A stretch of DNA of 64,000 nt from the NCBI GenBank assembly GCA_963713975.1, contig OY970218.1:2592001-2656000 (forward strand), in the 5' to 3' direction. A model generated the notes under the pieces. It did no database searches and was not told the origin of the DNA. It worked only from the letters and a program-made list of their open reading frames with translations. The stretch comes from an uncultured Chloroflexia bacterium. Lineage in GTDB: Bacteria; Chloroflexota; Limnocylindria; Limnocylindrales; CSP1-4. Position numbers and translations under genes: made by a program. Position 1 is the stretch's first letter, and every line of letters begins with the position of its first letter. Of this stretch, positions 1 through 10,601 are shown piece after piece.

Positions 1-3000
1 GAGGTCACCACGCAGGACGGGTATCCGGCACTGCTCCTGCGCGGCGACGCCAACCCGGTCGCCGACCGTGCGGTCATTCCGCTCGACAGCCTCGTCGGTC
101 GCGTCTCGGCGGTTGTGCCGGCTGCGGGATACCTCCTGTGGGCGCTCAGCCGGCCCGAGGGCATCGCCACCTGGGCAGCGGTTGCGTGCCTCCTGCTGCT
201 CGGACTTGCGGCTGCTGGTGGGACTGGCGGTCGGAAGCCCCACCGGGGTGCACGCCTCTGGCGGGCGATGCGGGGGGGTCGCCTCAGAGCCCCGGCGATG
301 GCGCTCCGGCGTGCGATGTGGCTTGGCCTCGACCAGCCTGCCATGGCCGCCGTGATCTTCGTCGTGCTGGTCGCGGGCGGGAGCTCGACCCTGGCATCCG
401 CCGCCATCTTCACCACGTCGGCCACGGTCGGCGACAACACCTTCAGCACCGGGACCTGGTCCGCGAGTGCCTATCGCTCGGTGGCCAGCGGTGCCTGGGC
501 CGACCCGGCGACGTGGCAGCGGCATAACGGGGTTGGCTGGGTGTCTGCCACCAGGCCGCCCGAATCCATGGACGGCGTGGTGACCGTGGGCAGTGGCCAT
601 GTCGTGACCGTCGAACGGCCGGTGGCCGTCGATGAGGTCGTTGTGGCCTCTGGAGGCCAGCTTGCCGTGGCGGATGGCGTGATCCTTACCGTCGAGGACG
701 GCTCGGGCGCGGACCTTGGCATCGCGGGCACGTTCGACACGATCGGGACGACGACGCTCGATTCCGGGGCGGATGTCGCGATCGAGAGCGGCGGGCTCCT
801 CGTCGTGTCGGGGACCCTCGATGGCGCGGGATCCCTCACCGGGCGGTCGGGCACGCTCCAGGCGAGCGGAGGCGCACGATCCATCCCGGTTCCGGTGATG
901 CTCGAGACGTCCCTGACCGTTGCCGGAACCGAAGGCATGTCGCTCGGGGACGAGGTGGGCGGTACCGGCGCGCTCATCAAGAACGGCACCGGCACCCTGA
1001 CCCTGGGTGGCGCCAGCACCTACACCGGGGCCACCACCGTCAACGCCGGCACCCTCCGGCTGGGGACCGCCAACGCGATCGGCCCGTCGAGCGCGACCAC
1101 GGTCGCCGCGGGCGCGGTGCTCGATCTCGCGGGCCACGACGAGACCCTGGGCTCGCTCGCCGGGGCGGGCACGGTGACCAGCGGGGTGCCCGGCGCAGTG
1201 ACCCTGACCGTGGGCGGCAACGGCGTCGGCACCGGCACCTTCTCCGGGCTGCTCGAGGACGGGGGCGGCCAGCTGGCCCTGGTCAAGACCGGCACCGGCA
1301 CCCTGACCCTGTCGGGCACCCTCAGCACGTACACGGGGACCACCACGATCAGCGCCGGCATCCTCTCGGTCAGCAACGACCGGGCGCTCGGTGCCGTGCC
1401 ACTCGTTCCGTCCCCGGGCCGGCTCGTGATCGGCACCGCCACCCTGGCCACCACCGCGACGTTCACCCTCGACGCCGACCGGGGCATCGCGACCAGCGGC
1501 ACCAGCACCGTCTCGGCGGGCACCGGCACCACGCTCACCTACGGCGGGACCATCGCGGGCACGGGAGCGCTGGCCAAGACCGGCACCGGCACCCTCGTCC
1601 TGTCGGGTGCCAGCACGTACACGGGGACCACCACGATCAGCGCCGGCATCCTCTCGATCGCGGACGACACCGCCCTGGGCGCCGTCCCGGACTCGCCCAC
1701 GCCGGGCCGGCTCGTGATCGGCACCGCCACCCTGGCCACCACCGCGACGTTCACCCTCGACGCCGACCGGGGCATCGCGACCAGCGGCACCAGCACCGTC
1801 TCGGCGGGCACCGGCACCACGCTCACCTACGGCGGGACCATCGCGGGCACGGGAGCGCTGGCCAAGACCGGCACCGGCACCCTCGTCCTGTCGGGTGCCA
1901 GCACGTACACGGGGACCACCACGATCAGCGCCGGCATCCTCTCGATCGCGGACGACACCGCCCTGGGCGCCGTCCCGGACTCGCCCACGCCGGGCCGGCT
2001 CGTGATCGGCACCGCCACCCTGGCCACCACCGCGACGTTCACCCTCGACGCCGACCGGGGCATCGCGACCAGCGGCACCAGCACCGTCTCGGCGGGCACC
2101 GGCACCACGCTCACCTACGGCGGGACCATCGCGGGCACGGGAGCGCTGGCCAAGACCGGCACCGGCACCCTCGTCCTGTCGGGTGCCAGCACGTACACCG
2201 GGATCACCACCATCAGCGCGGGGGTCATCCGGGTGCAGCACGAGAGCGCCCTGGGCTCCACGGCCGGCGGCACCACCGTCACCTCGGGCGCGGCGATCGA
2301 GATCGACGGCAGCGGCCTCGCCCTCGCCCTCGCCGACGCGATCACCAGCCTCAACGGCACCGGCGTGGGCGGCACGGGCGCGATCCGCAACCTGGCCGGC
2401 GCCAACAGCTGGTCGGGGGCGATCACGATGGCCGCGAACTCCACGGTCAGCACCGACGCCGGCACGCTCACCCTCGGAGCGATCGCCGGCAACACCCGCA
2501 CCCTGACCATCATCGGGGCCGGGAACACGACCATCGGCGGCGTGATCGCCACGACCACCGGCGCGCTCATCAAGAACGGCACCGGCACCCTGACCCTGGG
2601 TGGCGCCAGCACCTACACCGGGGCCACCACCGTCAACGCCGGCACCCTCCGGCTGGGGACCGCCAACGCGATCGGCCCGTCGAGCGCGACCACGGTCGCC
2701 GCGGGCGCGGTGCTCGATCTCGCGGGCCACGACGAGACCCTGGGCTCGCTCGCCGGGGCGGGCACGGTGACCAGCGGGGTGCCCGGCGCAGTGACCCTGA
2801 CCGTGGGCGGCAACGGCGTCGGCACCGGCACCTTCTCCGGGCTGCTCGAGGACGGGGGCGGCCAGCTGGCCCTGGTCAAGACCGGCACCGGCACCCTGAC
2901 CCTGTCGGGCACCCTCAGCACGTACACGGGGACCACCACGATCAGCGCCGGCATCCTCTCGGTCAGCAACGACCGGGCGCTCGGTGCCGTGCCACTCGTT

Positions 3001-6000
3001 CCGTCCCCGGGCCGGCTCGTGATCGGCACCGCCACCCTGGCCACCACCGCGACGTTCACCCTCGACGCCGACCGGGGCATCGCGACCAGCGGCACCAGCA
3101 CCGTCTCGGCGGGCACCGGCACCACGCTCACCTACGGCGGGACCATCGCGGGCACGGGAGCGCTGGCCAAGACCGGCACCGGCACCCTCGTCCTGTCGGG
3201 TGCCAGCACGTACACGGGGACCACCACGATCAGCGCCGGCATCCTCTCGATCGCGGACGACACCGCCCTGGGCGCCGTCCCGGACTCGCCCACGCCGGGC
3301 CGGCTCGTGATCGGCACCGCCACCCTGGCCACCACCGCGACGTTCACCCTCGACGCCGACCGGGGCATCGCGACCAGCGGCACCAGCACCGTCTCGGCGG
3401 GCACCGGCACCACGCTCACCTACGGCGGGACCATCGCGGGCACGGGAGCGCTGGCCAAGACCGGCACCGGCACCCTCGTCCTGTCGGGTGCCAGCACGTA
3501 CACCGGGATCACCACCATCAGCGCGGGGGTCATCCGGGTGCAGCACGAGAGCGCCCTGGGCTCCACGGCCGGCGGCACCACCGTCACCTCGGGCGCGGCG
3601 ATCGAGATCGACGGCAGCGGCCTCGCCCTCGCCCTCGCCGACGCGATCACCAGCCTCAACGGCACCGGCGTGGGCGGCACGGGCGCGATCCGCAACCTGG
3701 CCGGCGCCAACAGCTGGTCGGGGGCGATCACGATGGCCGCGAACTCCACGGTCAGCACCGACGCCGGCACGCTCACCCTCGGAGCGATCGCCGGCAACAC
3801 CCGCACCCTGACCATCATCGGGGCCGGGAACACGACCATCGGCGGCGTGATCGCCACGACCACCGGCGCGCTCATCAAGAACGGCACCGGCACCCTGACC
3901 CTGGGTGGCGCCAGCACCTACACCGGGGCCACCACCGTCAACGCCGGCACCCTCCGGCTGGGGACCGCCAACGCGATCGGCCCGTCGAGCGCGACCACGG
4001 TCGCCGCGGGCGCGGTGCTCGATCTCGCGGGCCACGACGAGACCCTGGGCTCGCTCGCCGGGGCGGGCACGGTGACCAGCGGGGTGCCCGGCGCAGTGAC
4101 CCTGACCGTGGGCGGCAACGGCGTCGGCACCGGCACCTTCTCCGGGCTGCTCGAGGACGGGGGCGGCCAGCTGGCCCTGGTCAAGACCGGCACCGGCACC
4201 CTGACCCTGTCGGGCACCCTCAGCACGTACACGGGGACCACCACGATCAGCGCCGGCATCCTCTCGGTCAGCAACGACCGGGCGCTCGGTGCCGTGCCAC
4301 TCGTTCCGTCCCCGGGCCGGCTCGTGATCGGCACCGCCACCCTGGCCACCACCGCGACGTTCACCCTCGACGCCGACCGGGGCATCGCGACCAGCGGCAC
4401 CAGCACCGTCTCGGCGGGCACCGGCACCACGCTCACCTACGGCGGGACCATCGCGGGCACGGGAGCGCTGGCCAAGACCGGCACCGGCACCCTCGTCCTG
4501 TCGGGTGCCAGCACGTACACGGGGACCACCACGATCAGCGCCGGCATCCTCTCGATCGCGACGACACCGCCCTGGGCGCCGTGCCCGGACTCGCCCGTCG
4601 CCGGGCCGGCTCGTGATCGGCACCGCCACCCTGGCCACCACCGCGACGTTCACCCTCGACGCCGACCGGGGCATCGCGACCAGCGGCACCAGCACCGTCT
4701 CGGCGGGCACCGGCACCACGCTCACCTACGGCGGGACCATCGCGGGCACGGGAGCGCTGGCCAAGACCGGCACCGGCACCCTCGTCCTGTCGGGTGCCAG
4801 CACGTACACGGGGACCACCACGATCAGCGCCGGCATCCTCTCGATCGCGGACGACACCGCCCTGGGCGCCGTCCCGGACTCGCCCACGCCGGGCCGGCTC
4901 GTGATCGGCACCGCCACCCTGGCCACCACCGCGACGTTCACCCTCGACGCCGACCGGGGCATCGCGACCAGCGGCACCAGCACCGTCTCGGCGGGCACCG
5001 GCACCACGCTCACCTACGGCGGGACCATCGCGGGCACGGGAGCGCTGGCCAAGACCGGCACCGGCACCCTCGTCCTGTCGGGTGCCAGCACGTACACCGG
5101 GATCACCACCATCAGCGCGGGGGTCATCCGGGTGCAGCACGAGAGCGCCCTGGGCTCCACGGCCGGCGGCACCACCGTCACCTCGGGCGCGGCGATCGAG
5201 ATCGACGGCAGCGGCCTCGCCCTCGCCCTCGCCGACGCGATCACCAGCCTCAACGGCACCGGCGTGGGCGGCACGGGCGCGATCCGCAACCTGGCCGGCG
5301 CCAACAGCTGGTCGGGGGCGATCACGATGGCCGCGAACTCCACGGTCAGCACCGACGCCGGCACGCTCACCCTCGGAGCGATCGCCGGCAACACCCGCAC
5401 CCTGACCATCATCGGGGCCGGGAACACGACCATCGGCGGCGTGATCGCCACGACCACCGGCGCGCTCATCAAGAACGGCACCGGCACCCTGACCCTGGGT
5501 GGCGCCAGCACCTACACCGGGGCCACCACCGTCAACGCCGGCACCCTCGACGTCAACGGGAGCACCGCCGGCGGCGGGTTCACCGTGGCGGCTGGTGCCA
5601 CGCTGGGAGGCTCCGGAACCGTCGGTGGAACGGTCAGCGTCTCGGGCACGCTGAGCCCTGGCTCATCCGCCGGGCGGCTGACGAACGGTGCGCTGACGCT
5701 GGTCGCAGCGTCCACGTTCGCCGTCGAGATCGGTGGCACGACGCCCGCCAGCCAGCACGACCAGGACCGCGTTGCCAGCGGCGCGATCACGATCGGCGCT
5801 GGCGTCCAGCTCTCGCTGGTCACGATCGGAGGCTTCACTCCGACCATCGGCCAGACGTTCCTGATCCTCGACAAGGCGTCCGCCGGCGCGATCAGCGGCA
5901 CCTTCACCGGCCTCCCCCAGGGCTCGACGATCGCGACGTTCCTGGGCAGCGCGCTGAGCGCGCAGATCAGCTACACCGCCGGCGATGGCAACGACGTGGT

Positions 6001-6019
6001 GCTCACGGTCCTGCCCTGA
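1..6019 (+). CDS. Giant surface protein, 5'-truncated by the window: SipW-type signal peptidase C-terminal half + TM + SipW-cognate signal peptide + autotransporter-associated beta-strand (PATR-like) repeats; apparent frameshift at ~4560-4600
   Basis: Frame +1 is open from base 1 (EVTTQDGYPALLLRGDANPVADRAVIPLDSLVGRVSAVVPAAGY) and runs into ORF 115. It carries many LxKxGxGTLxLxGxSTYTGxTTxxAG repeats. After a net +1 indel the repeat protein continues in ORF 4505..6019, ending ISYTAGDGNDVVLTVLP-stop. Confidence 0.85.
964..5549 (+). repeat. Nested intragenic tandem repeats: three large units (1593, 1305, 1594 bp) containing 3, 2 and 3 copies of a 288-bp module
   Basis: ACCGGCGCGCTCATCAAGAAC recurs at 964, 2557, ~3862 and ~5456. 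Antisense ORF boundaries repeat every 288 bp (1539, 1827, 2115). Copies look nucleotide-identical by eye except at 4560-4600. Confidence 0.95.
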
Positions 6020-6268
6020 CCGTCCGCGGATCCCGTCCTCGGTGCGTTGACGCACCGGGCGCGCGGCCTTCGACCGGCCGGCGGGGCACGTCGGCGAACG
6101 AAGGTACTCCCGCCGATGGCCCCTCCGGCTGGTGCGCACGGTCACGCCGATCCTGTCCACTACGGCGAACCGCGAGCAGCGTCGGGACGATGACCTTCGG
6201 GCAGCCGGTAGCGCGGCCGAACGACGGCCCCGACGGGCGCGGCAGCTCATATGGGAGCATGAAGCAAA

Positions 6269-6853
6269 TTGACCCAGCACCAGCCATTCCCGCCCCTTGC
6301 GGGCCGCTCTTGGTGGCGCCACGGCCAGGTCGCCCTCATCGCAGGCTCGCTGGTCGCCATGATCGGCGCCGGTGCGATGTCACTTGCAACGTTCACCGAC
6401 AGTGAGGCGTCCACCGGCTCATGGACGGCGGGCACGATCGTGCTCGGCGTAAGCCCGACGACCACATTCACGGCAAACAACATCATGCCCGGCGACACCG
6501 GCAGCCAGGACCTCACCGTCTCGAACAACGGGACCGGCGCCCTGCGCTATGCGATGTCGGGCGCCTCCACCAACCTTGACGGACTCGGGCTCGCGGCCCA
6601 GGTGGCCCTGACCATCCAGGCGGGCACCTGCGCCTCCCCGACGTCCACGTTGTTCGTCGGCACCCTCGCGACGGCTGCCCTCGGCAGCAACGCCACCGGG
6701 CAGGACACGGGCGACCGCCCGGTCGCGGCTCAGGCCTCCGACAGCCTGTGCTTCACGTGGGACTTCCCGCTCGCTTCCGGCAACGCCTTCCAGGGCGCGG
6801 CCACGGGCACCACGTTCACGTTCGACGCCGAGCAGACCGCCAACAACCCGTAG
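6269..6853 (+). CDS. tasA: TasA/CalY-family secreted fibre subunit with SipW-cognate signal peptide
   Basis: Hydrophobic leader, then GAMSLATFTDSEASTGSWTAGTI, NIMPGDTGSQDLTVSNNGTGALRY and a C-terminal NAFQG...FTFDAEQ. Adjacent to sipW. The TTG start is uncertain. Confidence 0.8.
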   Translation: MTQHQPFPPLAGRSWWRHGQVALIAGSLVAMIGAGAMSLATFTDSEASTGSWTAGTIVLGVSPTTTFTANNIMPGDTGSQDLTVSNNGTGALRYAMSGASTNLDGLGLAAQVALTIQAGTCASPTSTLFVGTLATAALGSNATGQDTGDRPVAAQASDSLCFTWDFPLASGNAFQGAATGTTFTFDAEQTANNP

Positions 6854-6870
6854 CCTGATCGTTCCAGCCC

Positions 6871-6908
6871 GATCGCGCCCGCTCCCCATCGCCGGGGCGG
6901 GCGCGGTC
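6871..6908 (+). terminator. GC-rich stem-loop between the tasA-like gene and sipW (attenuator or mRNA stabiliser)
   Basis: GATCGCGCCCGCTCCCC pairs with GGGGCGGGCGCGGTC, with one bulge. No U-tract. Confidence 0.5.
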
Positions 6909-6929
6909 CCGTCGGTGGAGCCCTGCGTC

Positions 6930-7574
6930 ATGTCCATCGCCACGATCACGATCCGGATCCTGCGGCGCACGATCGATGTGGCCCTGCTGCTTCTGATCGT
7001 GCTCGTGCTCGGAACCCTCGCCATCTCGAAGGTCGTGCCCTCCGTCACCGGCGGCACGACCTTCGTCGTCCAGGGCGGATCGATGCAGCCCGCGATCCCA
7101 TACGGATCCGCCGTGATCGTGACCCCGGTGGGCCCGGGCGAGCTCCGGTCGGGCGACGTCGTCAGCCTCCGGGTGGGCGAGCGGCGGCTGGTGTTCACGC
7201 ACCGCATCATCCGGCTCGTTCCCCGCGACGACGGCCTGTGGCTCGAGACCCGGGGGGACGCCAACACCGACCCCGACCCGGCGCTCGTGCCGGCATCCGC
7301 GGTGATCGGCAGGCTCGCTGCCACGATCCCCGTTGCCGGCTACGCCGTTGCCCTGCTCGGATCCGTTTCAGGGATTGCTTTCGTCGTGGCGCTCGCATGC
7401 GCCCTGCTGATGGGCGGTGGCCTCCTCGGCGGGCTTGACGCGGAGCGGCGCGCGGAACGCCTCCGCCCGGTTCCCAGCCCGGTCCCCGGCCGGCAGGCGG
7501 GAGTCCACCGGCTTCCCCGGGATCGTCGGAGCCGGCGACCCGTTGTCCCTCCGCCCGTCGTCCGGGAGGTCTGA
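6930..7574 (+). CDS. sipW: Signal peptidase I, SipW/ER-type (Ser-His)
   Basis: N-terminal TM, VQGGSMQPAIPYGS, FTHRI, TRGDANTDPD and a C-terminal TM. GGAG precedes ATG 6930. Confidence 0.9.
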   Translation: MSIATITIRILRRTIDVALLLLIVLVLGTLAISKVVPSVTGGTTFVVQGGSMQPAIPYGSAVIVTPVGPGELRSGDVVSLRVGERRLVFTHRIIRLVPRDDGLWLETRGDANTDPDPALVPASAVIGRLAATIPVAGYAVALLGSVSGIAFVVALACALLMGGGLLGGLDAERRAERLRPVPSPVPGRQAGVHRLPRDRRSRRPVVPPPVVREV

Positions 7575-7693
7575 CCACACGGGGGTGGCGCTGCGCCGGC
7601 CGGCCGCACGCACGTAACGACCGCCCGCCGCGCATGCGAGGTGCGATCATCCCGGCTGCGGAGCCAGCGAGTCGACTCGACGAGGTGCTGAAG

Positions 7694-9007
7694 GTGGGCG
7701 ACGGCCGGACGATCGTGTTCTTTCCCGAGGGCGCCTACGGACCGACCAACAACTGCGCCGGCATCGGCAGCGTGCTGCGGGAGCGCGGCCACCGGGTCGT
7801 GTTCATCGTGGAGGAGTCCTTCGCGGGCAGCCTGGAGGCGAAGGGCTTCGAGGAGCGCCTGATGCGCCTGGGTCCGCCACCCGCGGAACCCGAGGTCCCG
7901 GGCCAGTTCTGGATCGACTTCATCCGGGACACGGCGCCTGTCTTCCGCAAGCCCACGATCGAGCAGCTGGGCGAGTTCATCGCCCCCACCTTCCAGGCCC
8001 TCATCGACGGCGCGAAGCACGTCCACCCGCGCCTCCTGGAGATCATCGACGAGCTCCGGCCGGACGCGATCGTGGAGGACAACGTCGTCAGCTTCCCCGC
8101 GATCATGGCGAGCGGCCGTCCGTGGATCCGGCTCCTGTCGTGCAACCCCGCCGAGATCAAGGACCCGCTGGTGGCCCCGTTCTCGTCCGGCTATCCAGTC
8201 GCGGACAGGGCTGGCTGGCCGGCCTTCCTCGAGGAGGTCGGGCGGACGCATCGCGAGCTCTGGGCCGACTTCGACGCCTTCTGCCGGGACACTGGTGCCG
8301 GCGGCCTGGCGTGGGGCGCGAATGGCCCCGACTTCATGCACGAGTCGCCGTACCTCAACCTGTACTCGTACCCGGAGGAGGTCGACTACGCGCGAGCGGC
8401 GGCGCTGGGGCTCACCTGGCATCAACTGGACTCCACGGTTCGTGCGGCGGACGCGGGGTGGGAGCTGCCGGAGGCCCTGGCGAACCGGAAGGGAGCCCTG
8501 ACCTACCTCTCCCTGGGCAGCCTGGGATCCGCCGACGTGGGCCTGATGCAGCGGCTGGTGGACGTCCTCGGCCGGACGGAGCATCGCGTGATCGTGTCCA
8601 AGGGCCCGCTCGCGGACGAGATCACGCTCCGCGACAACATGGCCGGCGAGGGCTTCCTGCCGCAGCCCGCGATCCTGCCCCTGGTGGACCTGGTGATCAC
8701 GCACGGCGGCAACAACACCGTGGTCGAGTCCTTCCACCATGGGAAGCCGATGGTGGTGCTGCCCCTGTTCTGGGACCAGGTCGATAACGCCCAGCGCGTG
8801 GACGAGACGGGATACGGCCGACGCCTGGCCACCTATGACTTCGCCGACGAGGAGCTGACCGGGGCGATCGATGCGCTGCTGGCCGACACCGGGCTGCGCG
8901 GGCGCATGGCTGCCATCTCGGCGCGCATGAAGGCTGCCGACGGGACCAGGAAGGCGGCCGACCTCATCGAGCGTGTCGCGATCACGGGAGCGCCCGTCAC
9001 GCGGTAG
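7694..9007 (+). CDS. GT1-family UDP-glycosyltransferase (MGT-like)
   Basis: YLSLGSLG and PQPAILPLVDLVITHGGNNTVVESFHHGKPMVVLPLFWDQ signature. The start may lie further upstream (ORF from 7634). Confidence 0.85.
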   Translation: MGDGRTIVFFPEGAYGPTNNCAGIGSVLRERGHRVVFIVEESFAGSLEAKGFEERLMRLGPPPAEPEVPGQFWIDFIRDTAPVFRKPTIEQLGEFIAPTFQALIDGAKHVHPRLLEIIDELRPDAIVEDNVVSFPAIMASGRPWIRLLSCNPAEIKDPLVAPFSSGYPVADRAGWPAFLEEVGRTHRELWADFDAFCRDTGAGGLAWGANGPDFMHESPYLNLYSYPEEVDYARAAALGLTWHQLDSTVRAADAGWELPEALANRKGALTYLSLGSLGSADVGLMQRLVDVLGRTEHRVIVSKGPLADEITLRDNMAGEGFLPQPAILPLVDLVITHGGNNTVVESFHHGKPMVVLPLFWDQVDNAQRVDETGYGRRLATYDFADEELTGAIDALLADTGLRGRMAAISARMKAADGTRKAADLIERVAITGAPVTR

Positions 9008-9146
9008 CGGGCCGTCGCACGGGACGGTCCTCGCTGGAACACGCGCGGAGACTGGAGCACAATCGGCGCACGCACCCTCGTCCGCGGCCAGAGCGCCGGC
9101 CAGAGCGCCGGCCCGAAACGCCAGCTTGCGCCCCTTGGAGGCCCTC

Positions 9147-10601
9147 GTGACCGAGACCCTGAACTCCGTCAAGTCCTACCAGCAGCTCATCGGCGGCCAG
9201 TGGGTGGACGCCGCTTCCGGCGAGACGCTGGCCGTCGAGAACCCGGCGTCGGGGGTCCAGGTCGCCACCGTGCCCGCCTCCGGCCAGGAGGACGTGGATC
9301 GTGCCGTGGATGCGGCGGCGGACGCCTTCGAGACCTGGTCGCTGACCACACCCCAGACCCGCAGCCTCGCGCTGCTCAAGATCGCGGACATCCTCGATGC
9401 CAACGCCGACGAGCTCGGCCGCCTCGAGTCCCGCCAGACCGGCAAGCCCACCGTGGCTGCCATCGACGAGATGGCCGTTTCGAGCGACCTGTTCCGGTTC
9501 TTCGCCGGCGCCTGCCGGGTCATGGATGGCCTCGCGGTCACCGAGTACCTCGAGGGCCACACCTCGATGGTTCGTCGGGACCCGGTCGGCGTGGTGGCGA
9601 GCATCGCGCCCTGGAACTACCCGCTCTACATGGCGGCCTGGAAGCTCGGCCCGGCCCTGGCGACCGGCAACACCGTCGTCCTCAAGCCCGCGGCGCGCAC
9701 GCCGCTGTCCGCCTTGCGGTTCGCCGAGCTGGTCGCGGATGCGCTGCCGGCCGGCGTGCTCAACGTGCTGACGGGCTCGGGTGGTGAGATGGGCGACCTG
9801 CTCGTCGGGCACCCCAAGGTCCGGATGGTGTCCATCACGGGCGACACCTCGACCGGCAAGCACATCGCGACCGTCGCGGCGGGCACCGTCAAGCGGCTCC
9901 ACCTGGAGCTGGGCGGCAAGGCGCCGGTCATCGTGTTCGACGACGCCGACGTGGACCTCGCGGCCGAGATCCTCAAGTCCGCGGGCTACTGGAATGCCGG
10001 TCAGGACTGCACCGCCGCGTGCCGCGTGATCGCCGGTCCGGCGGTATACGACAAGCTCCTGGCCGCCCTCTCGGACCAGGTCCGGACGATCAAGTGGGGC
10101 AACCCTGCCGATGCCGACGACCTGGACATGGGCTCCCTGATCGCGCAGGCCCAGGCCGACAAGGTGGAGGGCATGGTCAACCGGGCGCTCGAGGCCAAGG
10201 CGGAGCTGGTGCTCGGCGGTCACCGGCCCGACCGTCCCGGCGCCTACTTCGAGCCGACCATCCTCGCCAACCCCGACCAGCACAGCGAGATCGTCCAGGA
10301 CGAGGTCTTCGGCCCGGTCGTCACGGTCCAGCGCTTCGCAGACGAGGAGCAGGCCGTGCAGTGGGCGAACGACGTCAAGTTCGGCCTCTCGTCCTCGCTG
10401 TTCACGGGCTCCATCGGCAAGGCGATGCGCGTCGCCCGGCGGCTCCAGTTCGGGACAGTCTGGATCAACGAGCATTTCACCCTCGCCAGCGAGACCCCGC
10501 ACGGCGGCGTCAAGGAGTCGGGCTACGGCAAGGACGGGAGCAAGTACGCGCTCGAGGACTACACGACGGTGAAGCACATCACGATCAACACGGGCGTCTG
10601 A
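9147..10601 (+). CDS. NAD-dependent aldehyde dehydrogenase, gamma-aminobutyraldehyde dehydrogenase-like
   Basis: IAPWNYPL, LELGGKAP, NAGQDCTA and EVFGPV motifs. GGAGG precedes GTG 9147. Confidence 0.88.
   Translation: MTETLNSVKSYQQLIGGQWVDAASGETLAVENPASGVQVATVPASGQEDVDRAVDAAADAFETWSLTTPQTRSLALLKIADILDANADELGRLESRQTGKPTVAAIDEMAVSSDLFRFFAGACRVMDGLAVTEYLEGHTSMVRRDPVGVVASIAPWNYPLYMAAWKLGPALATGNTVVLKPAARTPLSALRFAELVADALPAGVLNVLTGSGGEMGDLLVGHPKVRMVSITGDTSTGKHIATVAAGTVKRLHLELGGKAPVIVFDDADVDLAAEILKSAGYWNAGQDCTAACRVIAGPAVYDKLLAALSDQVRTIKWGNPADADDLDMGSLIAQAQADKVEGMVNRALEAKAELVLGGHRPDRPGAYFEPTILANPDQHSEIVQDEVFGPVVTVQRFADEEQAVQWANDVKFGLSSSLFTGSIGKAMRVARRLQFGTVWINEHFTLASETPHGGVKESGYGKDGSKYALEDYTTVKHITINTGV

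Noticed and set aside
964-5549. Repeats as a CRISPR array or mobile element
   Set aside because: The units are long, coding and in-frame, with no unique spacers, cas genes or transposase.
4600-6405. His/Arg-rich C-terminal third of the 2096-aa ORF
   Set aside because: It is an out-of-frame reading of the repeat after the indels. The real protein continues in frame +2 to 6019.
7694-9007. Glycosyltransferase as the modifier of the adhesin or TasA
   Set aside because: The GT1/MGT family usually acts on small molecules, and adjacency alone is not evidence.
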